In this document: piece after piece, positions 61,898 to 64,000 of the stretch
How positions within the stretch are numbered: position 1 is the stretch's first letter
Layout of the letters: every line of letters begins with the position of its first letter
NCBI RefSeq assembly: GCF_001447785.1
Contig: NW_015167060.1
Coordinates: 1,367,473-1,431,472, forward strand
Length of the DNA: 64,000 bases
Reading direction: 5' to 3'
Source: Gekko japonicus
Lineage: Eukaryota
Notes under the pieces: generated by a model
Seen by the model: the letters and a program-made list of their open reading frames with translations, nothing else
What the model was told of the DNA's origin: nothing
The model's database searches: none
Made by a program: the position numbers and the translations under genes

Positions 61898-62847
61898 TGT
61901 TACTGAGTGAGGAGGCCATTGATCTCCTGTCTTGTAGTAACTAGTTACTTTGAACTCGTTGATCATAGGGTGACTAACTTGTGAACCCACCCCATAGCTA
62001 TATCCCTTTAACAGCAGTTTGATCTGTGTGAAGAAATGCATTTTCTCCTGGAGGGAGGCTGGCAAGCAGCAAGCTTCCACTTAGTGTTTTAAAAGGGTTC
62101 CCCCTACCCCCACCCCGCTGGGAGGGTGGAAGTCCATCAATGACTTTCCAGGCACACCTCTAAAGAAATGGTAATAGAGACAATGGGAGGCTCAGACTTC
62201 CCCCTTCTCCCCCCTCCCCTCTTCAGGCAGAGAGAAGAGGTGTGGAGGTGTAAAATGCTAGATAGGCTTCAGGAAGCAGCTTCCTGGAGGCAACAGGAAA
62301 AGAAGCCTTGACCTGGGTTGACTGGTGTTAAGTGGGCGGAGATAAAGAGTTAATAAAACTTCCCTGCAACAGCAAACAGCTCTTTTTTCTTGGGAATGCT
62401 TGGATGAGGAGGACACTGTTCTGGTCTGCAAGCATGTGGCCATTGAACATGTGGCTGGCCTGGGAGAGCTGGGGCAAGGTTTGAAGGTACTGGGAACTCT
62501 GTGGAGAGTTATAAAAGCCTAGTGCCTGACTACCATCGAGACAGCCTACTGCTTTGTGTGCTTCTGGGGAATGCTGCTTGCCAACCGCTCCCTGGAGCTC
62601 CCTTTAGAATAGCATGTCCAAACTGGTTGGAGGTCTATGTGGTACAGAGAAGTACTACCAGCATCATAAGTTTAAGGTATTTATTTAAAAGTAAGTGTTC
62701 ACAAGCATACTTTTAAGCATAGCACCAGATCTGAGCAAGGGAAAACAAAAGAAGTTGGAAGGAAATGCAAATCCTCTGTCCCTCTGTTATACATGCCCTA
62801 ACTGATGGAAAAATAGGATTGTGCTTGCTCCATGCCATGAAAGTTTA
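61898..62847 (-). mobile_element. Probable solo LTR, family C
   Basis: Homologous to 27520-28338; TGTTAC at the left boundary; TSD not evident. Confidence 0.5.
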
Positions 62848-63680
62848 CCTTCTGATTTTTGCAAATGTTAAATATCTTAGGAAATAAGCCAGGTTACCCC
62901 CATATTCTTTCTGAACTATAGACCTGGTCACTAGATTATGCAGGCACCTTCAAATGGAAAGCCCACCCATGACATCCTGTGCCAACTAGATAGCTAGTGG
63001 CTGTGGCTTAGCTTTGGACCAAGTCACAGCAGCGAGGACTGAGGCCAGTGCTGTCCCAACAGCTCATCATATGCATATGCCCAATAAGGAGCTGAACTCC
63101 AATTTCTGCTTCCTACTGAACTTTCTTAGACCTAGTTCTTACTGAGATGGTATAGCCATATCTGTGCTGTACCACTTCAGAATGCAGGTAGCAGCTCATC
63201 ATAACTGAATGCTCCACTAGAATACCAGGGAGAAGGTGAAGCCAGATCCCGCCTTCCTAGTATTTAGTTGTCTTTCTGGAGGGAACCAGAGGGGTAGTCA
63301 TTGTTTATCTGTTACAGCAAAAATAAACAGAAATCTTACAGCGCCTTAAAGATTAGCACATTTTTATTACAGCATCCCCTTTTATGGACTGGAGGCCACT
63401 TCTTTGGCTGTTACTCAACACCATGTGCGGGAATAAAAAAACGTTAGTCTTTCAGATGCCACAAGACTCCTGTTTATGTGGAGGGTTGTGACCAGCTATG
63501 TCCTTGAAACTGAAAACAGTAGGCACTGTGACTCCTGGGATCTATCTAAACTCCCCTGCTCATCTTAGGTGACACAGTGAAGAAGGGCTCACCTCTTTAT
63601 CCATGTGTCTTTGCATGGTTTAGCTCCTGGGTTCACACTGATCTTCTGCCCTCTGCTGGCTGTACCATTCCTCTTCACTA

Positions 63681-63966
63681 AGAGCCAGTTTGGTGTAGTG
63701 ATTAAGTGCGCGGACTCTAATATGGGAGAACCGGGTTTGATTCCCCCACACCTCCACTTGCACCTGGCTGGATGACCTTGGGCAAGCTATAGTTCTGATA
63801 AGAGCTGTCCTTGAAAAAGAGCAGTTTCTGTCAAGAGCTCTCTCAACCCCACCTACCCCACAGGGTGTCTGTTGTGGGGAGGGGAAGGGAAAGGAGTTTG
63901 TAAGCCGCTCTGAGAGACCTTTGGGTAGTGAAGGGCGGGGTATAAATCCAATCTCCTCCTCCTCCT
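63681..63966 (+). mobile_element. Squam3-like SINE
   Basis: Full head to (TCC)n tail. Confidence 0.85.
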
Positions 63967-64000
63967 TGACACTGGCTTTCCTTCAAAGACCACATCTGCT

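Noticed and set aside
1-64000. CRISPR arrays, prokaryotic systems, known conserved miRNAs and a named host gene
   Set aside because: The DNA is eukaryotic with no repeat-spacer structure; I did not recognise any mature miRNA or known coding exon by eye, so no gene symbol is assigned.

Overview
Vertebrate non-coding DNA, almost certainly squamate and probably gecko. This is inferred from Sauria-type, 5S-Sauria-type and Squam3-type SINEs, young L2 LINEs and hAT MITEs. The assembly is scaffolded, with six N-gaps. No intact protein-coding gene is supportable, and nearly all ORF-track entries are repeat-derived or spurious. The window looks like a large intron or gene desert of a developmental regulatory landscape: a CpG island at about 38.56-39.76 kb, roughly ten homeobox/octamer-rich CNE-like blocks, and a candidate minus-strand 21-nt microexon with a downstream acceptor at about 24.8-25.1 kb. 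It is densely populated by mobile elements, many with TSDs readable in the sequence: solo LTRs (5-bp TSDs), several hAT MITE families (8-bp TSDs) and multi-level nests. The most unusual signals are: (1) a decayed Ulp1/C48-protease plus PHD-finger coding fossil at about 59.3-60.1 kb, resembling Ginger1 or Zisupton/KDZ transposons, with two weaker transposase-like fossils; (2) an internal L2 RT fragment bracketed by an identical 376-bp duplication; (3) a 66-bp fold-back mini-MITE with its own TSD; (4) MITEs carrying octamer clusters or an ETS-CRE/YY1 promoter-like module; (5) LTRs that are rearranged or carry cargo. Family names come from motif recognition only; no database searches were run.
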